The notes beneath the pieces were generated by a model. That model was not told the DNA's origin and did no database searches. It was given only the letters and a program-made list of their open reading frames with translations. Source: Candidatus Thorarchaeota archaeon (GTDB lineage Archaea > Asgardarchaeota > Thorarchaeia > Thorarchaeales > Thorarchaeaceae). From it: 64,000 bases of DNA. Both the position numbers and the translations under genes were made by a program. Every line of letters begins with the position of its first letter. Position 1 is the first letter of the stretch. Shown piece by piece: positions 10,154 to 19,017 of this stretch. The DNA is taken from the NCBI GenBank assembly GCA_048882325.1, contig JBHLRS010000003.1, positions 64,001 to 128,000 on the forward strand, in the 5' to 3' direction.

Positions 10154-11075
10154 AATCATCCAACTCATCATCGACAGCCCATTTCTTCAACGAGCTCTCA
10201 TTGCAGCGATTTTGATAGCACTGGTAGCCGCGGCGAGTGGCACCTTTCTTGTCTTTCGCGGTCTTTCTTTTATGGCGTCAGGTGTTGCACATGCTGCGTT
10301 GGGTGGAACAGCCCTAGGCATTTTTCTTCAAGACTCTGGTCTAGTCCCATGGTTTGATCCGATACTTGGTGCTTTATTGTTCAGCGTACTTGTAGCAGTT
10401 TTCACTGGTTATGCAGGAGAATCAGGCATCACGCAAAAGATGGAGGTAGCTGTTGGAGTATCGTTTGCGCTATCAATGAGTCTTGCTGTCTTCTTGATGT
10501 ACTATATACCACCTTATCGAGTTCCACAGATATGGGGCTATCTGATTGGTGATATCCTTCTCCTGAATAATCTCGATGTCATCTTATTAGCAAGTACCGC
10601 TATTCTGCTAGGTTTCATTACTCTGCTTTTCAACAAAGAATTCGTCTATGTGAGCGTAGATATGGAGGGTTCTGTAGCACATGGGATGAATGCTCGAGCA
10701 TACCACTATCTGATGCTAGTTGCATCTGCTCTTGCAATAGCCCTCGCTACTAAAGCTGTTGGGGCTATTCTAGTCTACGCTGTCATGGTCGCTCCTGCTG
10801 CTGCATCCAATGAGATTGTGAAATCAGTTCGTGGAGTTATTATCTCTGTATTTCTCATTGCAATTGTTGCGGAATTTGTTGGAATTGCAGCTTCATTTGT
10901 CGTCTTTGTTTCTCCAAGTGCAATTGCTGGAATTCTTGCTGCTCTATCATATCTTCTAGCACTGCAGGTCAAGCGTGTCCGTGAGAGAGTTCATGTCGAG
11001 CCAAATGATGAGAAGACAGAAGATATGGTTGAGGTATTCAAAGAAGCTTCTATTACTCATGAACACGATCACTAG
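10146..11075 (+). CDS. Metal ABC transporter permease (ZnuB-like)
   Basis: FLQRALIAA, SGVAHAALGG, YLIGDIL, VGAILV. His-rich C-terminus. Confidence 0.92.
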   Translation: MIEIIQLIIDSPFLQRALIAAILIALVAAASGTFLVFRGLSFMASGVAHAALGGTALGIFLQDSGLVPWFDPILGALLFSVLVAVFTGYAGESGITQKMEVAVGVSFALSMSLAVFLMYYIPPYRVPQIWGYLIGDILLLNNLDVILLASTAILLGFITLLFNKEFVYVSVDMEGSVAHGMNARAYHYLMLVASALAIALATKAVGAILVYAVMVAPAAASNEIVKSVRGVIISVFLIAIVAEFVGIAASFVVFVSPSAIAGILAALSYLLALQVKRVRERVHVEPNDEKTEDMVEVFKEASITHEHDH

Positions 11076-11175
11076 CTATATCATCCATTCCAAGTAGAGT
11101 AAACAAGGACGAATCGGTCGGTATGTTTAAGAGCGAACTGAAAATTCTCGATTTCCAAGGTCGGTGCTAAGAAAA

Positions 11176-11574
11176 TTGAGCGATGAGACCCCAGAAAGAA
11201 GCGAGATGATACGCTCCACAATTATTACTGTGCTACTCACTGTAGTCTTTATGGTTTTAGGACTGGCTTTTTGGGCTTGGTCTTCGCCAGATGTCATTGA
11301 AACAAGCCCTGTCGGGGCTATTAATCTCATAAATCCAGCTGTCACTATACTCATCGAAGTCCTAGTTATGCTTATGGTTTTCATCTTCCTCTCCGTGACA
11401 GTGATAAATCTGAGACTGATGCTAAGTAACATTAGAGCTGGTTGGACTGAAGTCGTTGTCATTCTTGCCTTTATCGCTATCGTCACAGTTTCTATGTTTG
11501 GTCTTGGCGTCGGAGCTGCGACTGTGATTCTTTGTCTTGGTTTTGTTGTATACCTTTATCTGCTTCAAGACTGA
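11176..11574 (+). CDS. Hypothetical membrane protein (4 TM)
   Basis: Hydrophobic ORF with four predicted helices. Start uncertain. Confidence 0.7.
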   Translation: MSDETPERSEMIRSTIITVLLTVVFMVLGLAFWAWSSPDVIETSPVGAINLINPAVTILIEVLVMLMVFIFLSVTVINLRLMLSNIRAGWTEVVVILAFIAIVTVSMFGLGVGAATVILCLGFVVYLYLLQD

Positions 11575-11588
11575 GCACTCCCACTCTT

Positions 11589-11753
11589 CAGAACTCGCGG
11601 ATGCACCAGAAGCTTTATGAGTATAGGACTTGGATTTCGAGTCAGCGCCCAGTGGCAGGAATGCCAAGGGCCAGTAGCAAAGGAGTCCTCACAACTCTTC
11701 GGAATTGTCGGATTGAATATCTTTGGCAAAGTTCTGACTTCCGCTGAGTTCTG
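11589..11753 (+). ncRNA. Putative structured RNA element (unknown family) upstream of psmA
   Basis: Closing helix CAGAACTC-GCGG/CCGCTGAGTTCTG and inner helix CAGAA(G)CTTT/AAAGTTCTG. Contains a GGAA tetraloop hairpin and a C(UUCG)G hairpin. Confidence 0.55.
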
Positions 11754-11776
11754 TCGACTGCTTGGAGGAAGATATT

Positions 11777-12505
11777 GTGTTTGGGATCTCTGGCGCTGGT
11801 TATGATATGAGTACCAGCATATTCAGCCCTGACGGAAGGATATTCGCTGCAGAATATGCAAAGAAGGCAGTAGAACAAGGAGCTACATCTATAGGAATCC
11901 TTGTAGAAGAAGGAGTCATTCTTTTAGCTGAGAAGAAATTGCAGCCCCTTCAAGAACCTGATAGTGTTGAGAAGATTTCAAAGATTGATGAACACGTAGG
12001 TGTAGCAACATCTGGGTTGATGGCTGATGCACGGAAGCTTATTGCTGAAGCAAGAGTAAAAGCTCAGTCCTATTGGTTAACATTTGAAGAGCCAGTCCCT
12101 GCTGAAGTATTGGCTGAGCACATTTGTGATATCAAGGCACAGTTCACACAGGGTGGCGGAGCCAGACCTTATGGCGTCGCAATGATGTTTGGATCAGTTG
12201 ATCATGATGGATCTCCCAGACTGTACGTCACTGATCCTGTGGGAACATATTGGGGTTTTCTGGCATCCATTATTGGACGAGGTGCCACAAGTGCTGGCGA
12301 GGTTCTTGAGAAGAAATACAATCGGAAGATGAGTCTAAATGATGCGATTGAACTTGCAATTGACTCACTCCGTGAAGCTAGCGACAAGAACTTGACTGCA
12401 GACACAATCGAGATTGCCAAGATACCCGTAAAATCACGCACCTTCGAGAAACTCTCGAGTTCTGAGATTGAACACTTCCTCAAAACTACTACGTCCACTG
12501 AATAG
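11777..12505 (+). CDS. psmA: Proteasome alpha subunit
   Basis: YD..SIFSPDGR.F..EYA, SGLMADAR, RPYGVA, TDP.G. GTG start after GGAGG (11764-11768). Confidence 0.95.
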   Translation: MFGISGAGYDMSTSIFSPDGRIFAAEYAKKAVEQGATSIGILVEEGVILLAEKKLQPLQEPDSVEKISKIDEHVGVATSGLMADARKLIAEARVKAQSYWLTFEEPVPAEVLAEHICDIKAQFTQGGGARPYGVAMMFGSVDHDGSPRLYVTDPVGTYWGFLASIIGRGATSAGEVLEKKYNRKMSLNDAIELAIDSLREASDKNLTADTIEIAKIPVKSRTFEKLSSSEIEHFLKTTTSTE

Positions 12506-12519
12506 GAGATGACCAACAG

Positions 12520-13251
12520 ATGTCCGGTGGAGGGTCTGGTAAAAAGACTGGTGAGAAATGGCTTGAGCTAGATGCAGTTGTCATTGGTATTCAGAAAGGT
12601 CATCTTCGATTTGAGCTGTTTGTAGATCCTAATCTTGCTTTTGATTACAGACGTGGTGAAGACATTCCGCTTGAAGAGATTTTGAAATCCTATGAAGTTT
12701 ACGAGGATGCAAAACGCGGTGAACGTGCAACAGATAGTCTCGTGAAGGATGCATTTGGATCTGATGAAGTCTTTGACATTGCACCAGAGATTATCAAACA
12801 GGGTGAATTCAGACTGACCCATGAACAACGAGAGCAACTGGTCTCAGAGAAAACTGAGACAATTATTGATCATATAGCTAAACGTGCAATGAATCCTCAG
12901 ACGGGGCACCCCCATCCACCTGATAGAATTCGACAGGCTATGGAAGAAGCAAAGGTCCGTGTCGATCCTTTCATTAGTGTAGATGAGCAAATCCCAACTG
13001 TTGTAAAAGCACTTCGTGTGATTATACCAATCTCCTTTGAGAGTGTAAAACTACAAATCACTCTACCTGCTTCCTTCTCTGGAAAAGGCTACAACATGGT
13101 TGCTACTGCGGGTGTAATCAAATCACAATCATGGGGCCAGGATGGGTCATGGACAGGACTAGTTGAGATTCCTGCACAGAAACGACAGGAACTCTATGAT
13201 GAGCTCAATAAACTGACGAAAGGTCAGATTAGAATCGAAGTCGTCAGATGA
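12520..13251 (+). CDS. sdo1: Ribosome maturation protein SBDS/SDO1
   Basis: RFELFVDP, DAKRGERA, NPQTGHPHPPDRI. Conserved superoperon position. Confidence 0.95.
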   Translation: MSGGGSGKKTGEKWLELDAVVIGIQKGHLRFELFVDPNLAFDYRRGEDIPLEEILKSYEVYEDAKRGERATDSLVKDAFGSDEVFDIAPEIIKQGEFRLTHEQREQLVSEKTETIIDHIAKRAMNPQTGHPHPPDRIRQAMEEAKVRVDPFISVDEQIPTVVKALRVIIPISFESVKLQITLPASFSGKGYNMVATAGVIKSQSWGQDGSWTGLVEIPAQKRQELYDELNKLTKGQIRIEVVR

Positions 13252-13308
13252 GCATGAATGAAGGTAAAGAATTGAAATCATATCATTACAGAATGAGGGA
13301 ATTAATCA

Positions 13309-14214
13309 TTGGCAGTATATTTCCAGAAACGAGAAGTAGTTGTCCCCGGTCAATTGCTTGCAGAAGGTAGGTATAGACCCTCCTTTGGCACATACATCGA
13401 GGATGGCAAGATATTCTCCTCTCTTGTAGGTTTAGCCGAACTAAGAGGAAACACTGTGAAAGTGGTCGCTCTTGAAGGTGCATATATCCCGAAGGAAGGA
13501 GATTTAGTAATTGGAACAATAACTCTAGTTGCAGGTAATAATTGGAAGGTTGACATAGGTGGCCCCTACGGCGCCTCACTTCACGCAAATAATGCGTTAA
13601 GACGACCCTATTCGGATGATATCTCTGAATACATGGATATTGGAGATGTTATCGCGGCAGAAGTCATCGCTTTTGACAGAGGGAGTGGTCCTTTCCTTGG
13701 TATGAAAGGTCGAGGACTCAGGGTGCTTCAGGGTGGAATGGTTCTAAATGTCAGTCCTGCTAAGATACCACGGATTATTGGTAGAAGAGGATCTATGATC
13801 AATATGATCAAAGACCACTTGAATATCCAAACAATGGTGGGCCAGAATGGTCGAATTTGGATACGTGCTCCAAGCACGGAAATTCTGCGGCTTGCAATTA
13901 AGGCGTTCAAGACAATTGAATCTCAAGCACACACATCTAAACTCACTGATAGAATCAGTGCGATGCTTGCTGAAGAGATGAGCGGTCTAACGCCTGAAAT
14001 AGAGCCCGAAGAAGAAAGCAGTCCCGAAGAACCGACATTAGAAACATCGGATGAGGTTGAAACAGAACCAGCACCTGAACCTGAATCGGAAGTGGAGACT
14101 GAAACAGAGCCTGAAGTTGTGACTGAATCAGAGGAGGAATCTGAACCAGTGAAGACTGAGGCTGAAAAAACAGAATTAGATGAGAAACAAACAGAGGAAG
14201 TGAGTGAAGAATGA
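13309..14214 (+). CDS. rrp4: Exosome RNA-binding subunit Rrp4 with acidic C-terminal tail
   Basis: VVVPG, YIPKEGDLVIG, KH motif PRIIGRRGSM, GQNGRIW. Confidence 0.95.
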   Translation: MAVYFQKREVVVPGQLLAEGRYRPSFGTYIEDGKIFSSLVGLAELRGNTVKVVALEGAYIPKEGDLVIGTITLVAGNNWKVDIGGPYGASLHANNALRRPYSDDISEYMDIGDVIAAEVIAFDRGSGPFLGMKGRGLRVLQGGMVLNVSPAKIPRIIGRRGSMINMIKDHLNIQTMVGQNGRIWIRAPSTEILRLAIKAFKTIESQAHTSKLTDRISAMLAEEMSGLTPEIEPEEESSPEEPTLETSDEVETEPAPEPESEVETETEPEVVTESEEESEPVKTEAEKTELDEKQTEEVSEE

Positions 14215-15029
14215 GTCCTGAAGTAAAGCCCGATTTTCTAATTAGTCCTGAGGGCTTGAGGGTAGATGGTCGAAGAGTTGATGAATTACGACCTATCGAA
14301 CTAAAGGTAGGAGTTCTCAAGCAAGCTGATGGATCAGCATCCATCCGCCAAGGAAAGACCTACATCATTGCTGGTGTATATGGTCCAAGGGAGCTTCACC
14401 CGCGACACTTGACACTGAATGATCGAGCATACCTTAGAGTTGAATATCGTATGGCTACATTTTCTGTCCCTGACAGGAAGAGACCTGCTCCATCTCGAAG
14501 AGAGAAAGAGATCTCTATGGTAATAGCTAATGCTTTGAAACCAGCACTATTCCTTGCGGAGTTTCCGAAAGCAGTGGTTGATGTTTTCATTCAGGTGATT
14601 CAAGCTGACGGTGGAACACGATGTGCTGCGATTAACGCAGCCTCATTGGCACTGGCTGATGCAGGGATTCCTATGAGGAGTCTTGTTCCTGCTGTTGCTG
14701 TAGGCAAAGCAGACGGCAAACTTCTAGTTGACCTCGGAGATGAGGAAGACAAGTACGGTCAAGGTGATGTGCCTATGGCAATAATCCCGACCACAGACGA
14801 AATCACACTACTTCAGCAAGACGGATCCTTCACACGTGAGGAACTTGCTGAAGCAATGCAAATGGGAATTAACTCCTGCAAATATCTCCATGAGCTACAG
14901 AAAGAAGCACTTCGACGTGCCTATGTCAAGAAAACCACTGAAAATGGTGATGAAGACGATGATGAGGATGACTTTGAAGACGACCTAGAAACAGATCTAG
15001 GAGAAGCTGAATTGATGGAGGATGAATAA
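14211..15029 (+). CDS. rrp41: Exosome catalytic subunit Rrp41
   Basis: RVDGR...LRP, ADGSA, DGGTR, DL...ED..G..D.P catalytic residues. Confidence 0.96.
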   Translation: MSPEVKPDFLISPEGLRVDGRRVDELRPIELKVGVLKQADGSASIRQGKTYIIAGVYGPRELHPRHLTLNDRAYLRVEYRMATFSVPDRKRPAPSRREKEISMVIANALKPALFLAEFPKAVVDVFIQVIQADGGTRCAAINAASLALADAGIPMRSLVPAVAVGKADGKLLVDLGDEEDKYGQGDVPMAIIPTTDEITLLQQDGSFTREELAEAMQMGINSCKYLHELQKEALRRAYVKKTTENGDEDDDEDDFEDDLETDLGEAELMEDE

Positions 15030-15030
15030 G

Positions 15031-15858
15031 ATGGGAGATTATAGTACAGAAACAATCAGTCACATTGACCGCGAGTTCATTTCCGACCTCCTGAGGAAAG
15101 GAGAGCGTCTTGATGGGCGGGCATTCAACGAATATCGTGACATTGAGATTGAGGCTAATGTTGTTGCAGCGAAAGCCGAAGGTTCAGCTCTTGTCAGGCT
15201 TGGTGACACAACGGTAGTTGCTGGTGTCAAGGTGCTTGTTGGTGAACCTTACCCAGACTCGCCTGATGAAGGAGTCACTATGGTCACCGCTGAGATGTCT
15301 CCAATAGCATCACCACTATTCGAATTGGGTCCGCCCAAGGAAGATGCAATAGAACTTGCACGAGTGGTTGACAGAGGCGTGCGTGAATCAGAAACGGTGG
15401 ATGTCAAGAAACTCTGTATTAGAGAAGGCAAGAAGGTCTACATGGTTTTCGCAGACGTTTATCCAATGGAGTACGATGGCAACCTTATTGATGCATCATC
15501 AATCGCAGTCAATGCAGCCCTGCTTACAACAAAGTATCCTGAAATAAAATGGGAGGATGATAAGCTTGTTTCTACAGGTGAGATTCTCTCCCTTCCAATA
15601 AACAATGTAGCAGTAGAGCATACAGTAGCAAAGATCGATGAACATCTGATCCTTGATACGATACTAAAGGAAGAATTCGTTCAGGACTGTAGACTAACCA
15701 TGGCTATTGATAAGGAAAAGAACTTCACAGCTATGCAGAAAGGTGGTGGATCCGGTCCCATATCTTTGGAGCTAATCGACCAAGCTATGGAAATGGCTCT
15801 AGTGGCAAGCGAGGACATCCACAAAGTCATCAATGAGGCTGTAAAGTCAGTTGAGTAG
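15031..15858 (+). CDS. rrp42: Exosome subunit Rrp42
   Basis: RLDGR, AEGSALVRLGDT, ELARVVDRGVRES, DGNLIDA, MQKGG. Confidence 0.96.
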   Translation: MGDYSTETISHIDREFISDLLRKGERLDGRAFNEYRDIEIEANVVAAKAEGSALVRLGDTTVVAGVKVLVGEPYPDSPDEGVTMVTAEMSPIASPLFELGPPKEDAIELARVVDRGVRESETVDVKKLCIREGKKVYMVFADVYPMEYDGNLIDASSIAVNAALLTTKYPEIKWEDDKLVSTGEILSLPINNVAVEHTVAKIDEHLILDTILKEEFVQDCRLTMAIDKEKNFTAMQKGGGSGPISLELIDQAMEMALVASEDIHKVINEAVKSVE

Positions 15859-15868
15859 ATAACAATGA

Positions 15869-15890
15869 GATGATGGGGGCACCCCCAATC
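15869..15890 (+). terminator. Stem-loop after rrp42
   Basis: GATGATGGGG...CCCCAATCATC inverted repeat immediately after the stop. Confidence 0.45.
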
Positions 15891-16008
15891 ATCCATTTCA
15901 TACTCACAAATAGATAGCTTATTAAGAAAAACTGCTGGGCGACTGATAGGTTCCAGCAGCCTAACCTCACCCCATTTGGAGTGAAGCAGAAACCAAGGAG
16001 ACCCAACA

Positions 16009-16410
16009 ATGGCACGAACCAAGAAGGTTGGCAGCACAGGAAGATTTGGACCAAGATATGGTGCTAAATTACGTCGACGAGTTCTCGATATAGACAGGCG
16101 AAGGATGGAACCAACTCGGTGTCCTCAATGTGCTACAAAGGCTTTGAAGAGAAAAGCAGTAGGACTATGGCAGTGCAGCAAGTGCGACCTACTGTTCGCT
16201 GGTGGTGCCTATGTACCGTATACAGATGCCGGCAAGGCTGCCAAGAGAGCTATTGCTCAGAGAGTTTCAGGCGATTTTCTAGCACTTCGAGATGATGAAG
16301 ACATCGAAGATGCAGTTGATTTCCTACCGAATGTTGAGAAGGAGGAAATCGTGATTGATGCTGAAACTGCCACTACAGAGGAAGTTGAAGCGCCAACTGA
16401 AGAAGAGTAA
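16009..16410 (+). CDS. rpl37ae: 50S ribosomal protein L37Ae (eL43) with acidic extension
   Basis: KKVGSTGRFGPRYG, CPQC...WQCSKC, FAGGAY. Confidence 0.95.
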   Translation: MARTKKVGSTGRFGPRYGAKLRRRVLDIDRRRMEPTRCPQCATKALKRKAVGLWQCSKCDLLFAGGAYVPYTDAGKAAKRAIAQRVSGDFLALRDDEDIEDAVDFLPNVEKEEIVIDAETATTEEVEAPTEEE

Positions 16411-16426
16411 CTAAGGCCGGACCAAT

Positions 16427-16984
16427 TTGCCGAGCTTACTTATCACAACCTCACGGAAGACATCGAATCGAGTGCGCTCATTTGCACGTGATTTATGGGC
16501 CGTATTACCGGGAACTGAGAGATTCAATCGTGGAGGAATGGGATTAACAGAATTAGCTGCACGAGTTGGAAAATCTGGAGCCAATGGTGCTCTAGTCATT
16601 TCTATGTGGAAGGGAAATCCTAGTCTTCTTGTCTTTACGAACTCAGCTGGTGAAGAAGTAGCGTCGATTAAGATGGAGAGTGCAAAACTCCGTCGTGAGG
16701 TTAATCGTGAGAAGAAGACAAGGGTTGCTGGAACTGCAGGAATCTTCCTAAAATCTGATAGCAGTACACAGACAAGGGAACTTGCGGATTTGCTTTCTTC
16801 ATTTCTTGGCGTTGAAACGTTTGAGCTTGCTAAGATTAGCGATGCGCAAGTTGAAGAGCATTGGTCACTAGTTTGGTTAGAGGACTTGCCTTCTGGAAAG
16901 ACTCTTTGGACCCATTACAACTCGACCGACGGAGTTGAAATTGGTCCAAGAATAAGAGTGACTTCAATCAGGAGAAAAGAATAG
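16427..16984 (+). CDS. Brix/Imp4 domain ribosome biogenesis protein
   Basis: ITTSRKTSNRVRSF, NRG, EIGPRI. Conserved superoperon position. Confidence 0.88.
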   Translation: MPSLLITTSRKTSNRVRSFARDLWAVLPGTERFNRGGMGLTELAARVGKSGANGALVISMWKGNPSLLVFTNSAGEEVASIKMESAKLRREVNREKKTRVAGTAGIFLKSDSSTQTRELADLLSSFLGVETFELAKISDAQVEEHWSLVWLEDLPSGKTLWTHYNSTDGVEIGPRIRVTSIRRKE

Positions 16985-16985
16985 C

Positions 16986-17246
16986 ATGAGTTCCAACATC
17001 GTTTCAGGTAAATCACTGATTGAGATCCCACTAGGGTCCAAAGAAACTGCTGAGATACTTCTTGCTGCACTGAAACCCGAAACTAAGTCTGGCCCCTCGG
17101 ATAGAGCCACTACAAATGTATCAATTCGTGATACAGTTTTAGTCATTGAAGTTGAGGCTGGAGATATTACAGCTCTTCGTGCTGCAATGAACTCCTACAT
17201 TTCATGGGTATCTGCTTGCATTAAATCACTGGAACAATTGGACTGA
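16986..17246 (+). CDS. pcc1: KEOPS subunit Pcc1
   Basis: AL.PE, A.DITALRAAMNSYISW. Confidence 0.92.
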   Translation: MSSNIVSGKSLIEIPLGSKETAEILLAALKPETKSGPSDRATTNVSIRDTVLVIEVEAGDITALRAAMNSYISWVSACIKSLEQLD

Positions 17247-17329
17247 TACAGACCAATCAAAACGCTTAAGTCACAACTCAGAAGGCGCAATCTGAAAGAG
17301 CTGTTTGTGAAGACAGGAGAGCAACAAGA

Positions 17330-17692
17330 ATGGCACAAAACATCCCTCCGGAATTGGAGAAGGACCTTAGGAAATTCGACAATCTCAGACGTCAAGAGGA
17401 AGGGTTTTCTAATTTAGTTCGGACCTATAAAGAACAAGTTGAGCAGCTTAAAGAAACGCTTTCGGAACTTGCTTCTCAACCAGATGATGTAGTAACATAC
17501 AAGACCGTGGGGCAGGTTATGTTTCGAGTTGAAAAACCCACTTTGATTGATGAACTTGAAAATAGGGTTCGCGAATTGGATAGCAGCATTAAGAAAGCTG
17601 AAACTAAGCTTAAGAGTCTCACACCCGAACTCGCTGAACTACAGAAGACCATCCAATTAGAACTCGCTAAACGAAACCTGACTTTGCAGTGA
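17330..17692 (+). CDS. pfdB: Prefoldin beta subunit
   Basis: Coiled coil - YKTVGQVMF hairpin - coiled coil. Confidence 0.9.
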   Translation: MAQNIPPELEKDLRKFDNLRRQEEGFSNLVRTYKEQVEQLKETLSELASQPDDVVTYKTVGQVMFRVEKPTLIDELENRVRELDSSIKKAETKLKSLTPELAELQKTIQLELAKRNLTLQ

Positions 17693-17697
17693 GAGCG

Positions 17698-18000
17698 ATG
17701 AGTCCTACGCTGAATATAGGGCTTCCTCAGCTTTCGGAGGAAGTTCTTGAAGAACTTGCGGAAGAATGTGAGGCGCAAGTTAGCAAGTTTATTCTGAAGA
17801 GGATTCCTGAGAAGAGTATTGATACATTATTCGTTAGCTGTACATTGGAATTAATGGATGGCCAGCTGGATCTTGATGTCCAACTTGAGATTAGCCAGCT
17901 TTTCGATACTGGTCATACCCTTGATAATCTATTGCAGGAGGCAACAGACTTTGGGGTTGAGTGGTTTGAGAATCAGCTGACGGAGATGAAAAAGAAATGA
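17698..18000 (+). CDS. DUF3194-like protein
   Basis: IGLPQLSEE.LEEL motif and conserved position after pfdB. Confidence 0.7.
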   Translation: MSPTLNIGLPQLSEEVLEELAEECEAQVSKFILKRIPEKSIDTLFVSCTLELMDGQLDLDVQLEISQLFDTGHTLDNLLQEATDFGVEWFENQLTEMKKK

Positions 18001-19004
18001 GTCTCAAAGCTCTCCTGAAAGGCTCAAAAAACCCACTCATTCTAGGTCATCAGAATGCGGATCCTGATGCAGTTTGTTCTATGATTGCTTTTGCTAAACT
18101 CTACCTGTCAATCAATCCGAAAGGAACACCTCAATTGGCAGCAGATGATGTTAGTCGGTTATCCAATCAAGTTTTACAAACATTTAGCCCTGAGATACTA
18201 ATCTCAAATACTGTGGAATTAGATCATGATCTGCTAGTACTTCTGGACACAAACAGTCGATTTCAGCTTGGAACCGGACTACAACATGTTCCTGTAGATC
18301 CAAACATGACAATAGTCATCGACCATCATGAACACAATCCTGAAATTGATCAAATCGCTCTGCATCAGTTTGTACATGAAGATCTATCATCCACCTGCGA
18401 AATCATCGTGAATGTCTTTTCAGATTTGGGCATTCAGATTGATTCAGGCACTGCTAATTTACTATTAACCGGAATGATTTTTGACACACGTCGTTTCTTT
18501 TATGCTGACTCAAGAACACTATCTGCAGCAATTAGCCTCATCAAGGCAGGTGCCGAGTACGACAAGTGTGTCAAGTCTTTATTGATTCGACCAGACCGGT
18601 CAGAGAAAATCGCTCGGTTGAGAGCTGCTGGTCGTGTGAAGGTGCACATCATTGACGAGTGGATTGTAGTAACTTCCAAGATTAATGCGTTTGAAGCAAG
18701 TGCATGTCGAGGTCTCATAGAACTAGGTGCAGATGTTGCCATAGTTGGAGGCAGTCCATCAAAAGGCGTGGTTCGATTTAGTTCGCGCAGTACAAGAGAC
18801 TTTTTTGAGAAGACGGGAGTCAGTCTTGGGTCTGATGTGATGGAGCCACTAGGTCAACTCATTGAAGGTGAAGGTGGCGGACATGCAAATGCCGCTGGAG
18901 CAAATGGAAAGACGAACTTGGAGAAAGCAATGGACCATTCGGTGGAGCTCATTAGGAGGTCTGTCGAAGCAAAGTCAAGTTCGGATGAAGGGATCTCAAC
19001 CTAG
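17997..19004 (+). CDS. DHH family phosphoesterase
   Basis: HQNADPDA, LLDT, IDHH, DT, GGGH.NAAG. Confidence 0.92.
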   Translation: MSLKALLKGSKNPLILGHQNADPDAVCSMIAFAKLYLSINPKGTPQLAADDVSRLSNQVLQTFSPEILISNTVELDHDLLVLLDTNSRFQLGTGLQHVPVDPNMTIVIDHHEHNPEIDQIALHQFVHEDLSSTCEIIVNVFSDLGIQIDSGTANLLLTGMIFDTRRFFYADSRTLSAAISLIKAGAEYDKCVKSLLIRPDRSEKIARLRAAGRVKVHIIDEWIVVTSKINAFEASACRGLIELGADVAIVGGSPSKGVVRFSSRSTRDFFEKTGVSLGSDVMEPLGQLIEGEGGGHANAAGANGKTNLEKAMDHSVELIRRSVEAKSSSDEGIST

Positions 19005-19017
19005 GAGGTATCTCAGA

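Noticed and set aside
11572-11805. 62-aa ORF 11617-11805, in frame with the upstream membrane gene across TGA, as a Pop5 remnant or selenocysteine read-through
   Set aside because: Only a faint LFG..G resemblance, it overlaps the psmA start, and there is no selenoprotein context. The RNA structure explains the region better.
14000-14210. GAA/CCT-rich quasi-repeats as a CRISPR or tandem repeat
   Set aside because: Low-complexity coding sequence of the Rrp4 acidic tail, with no repeat-spacer periodicity.
18862-19017. Long N-terminal extension of EcfA1
   Set aside because: It overlaps the DHH gene. GTG 19018 after GGAGG gives a normal ATPase start.
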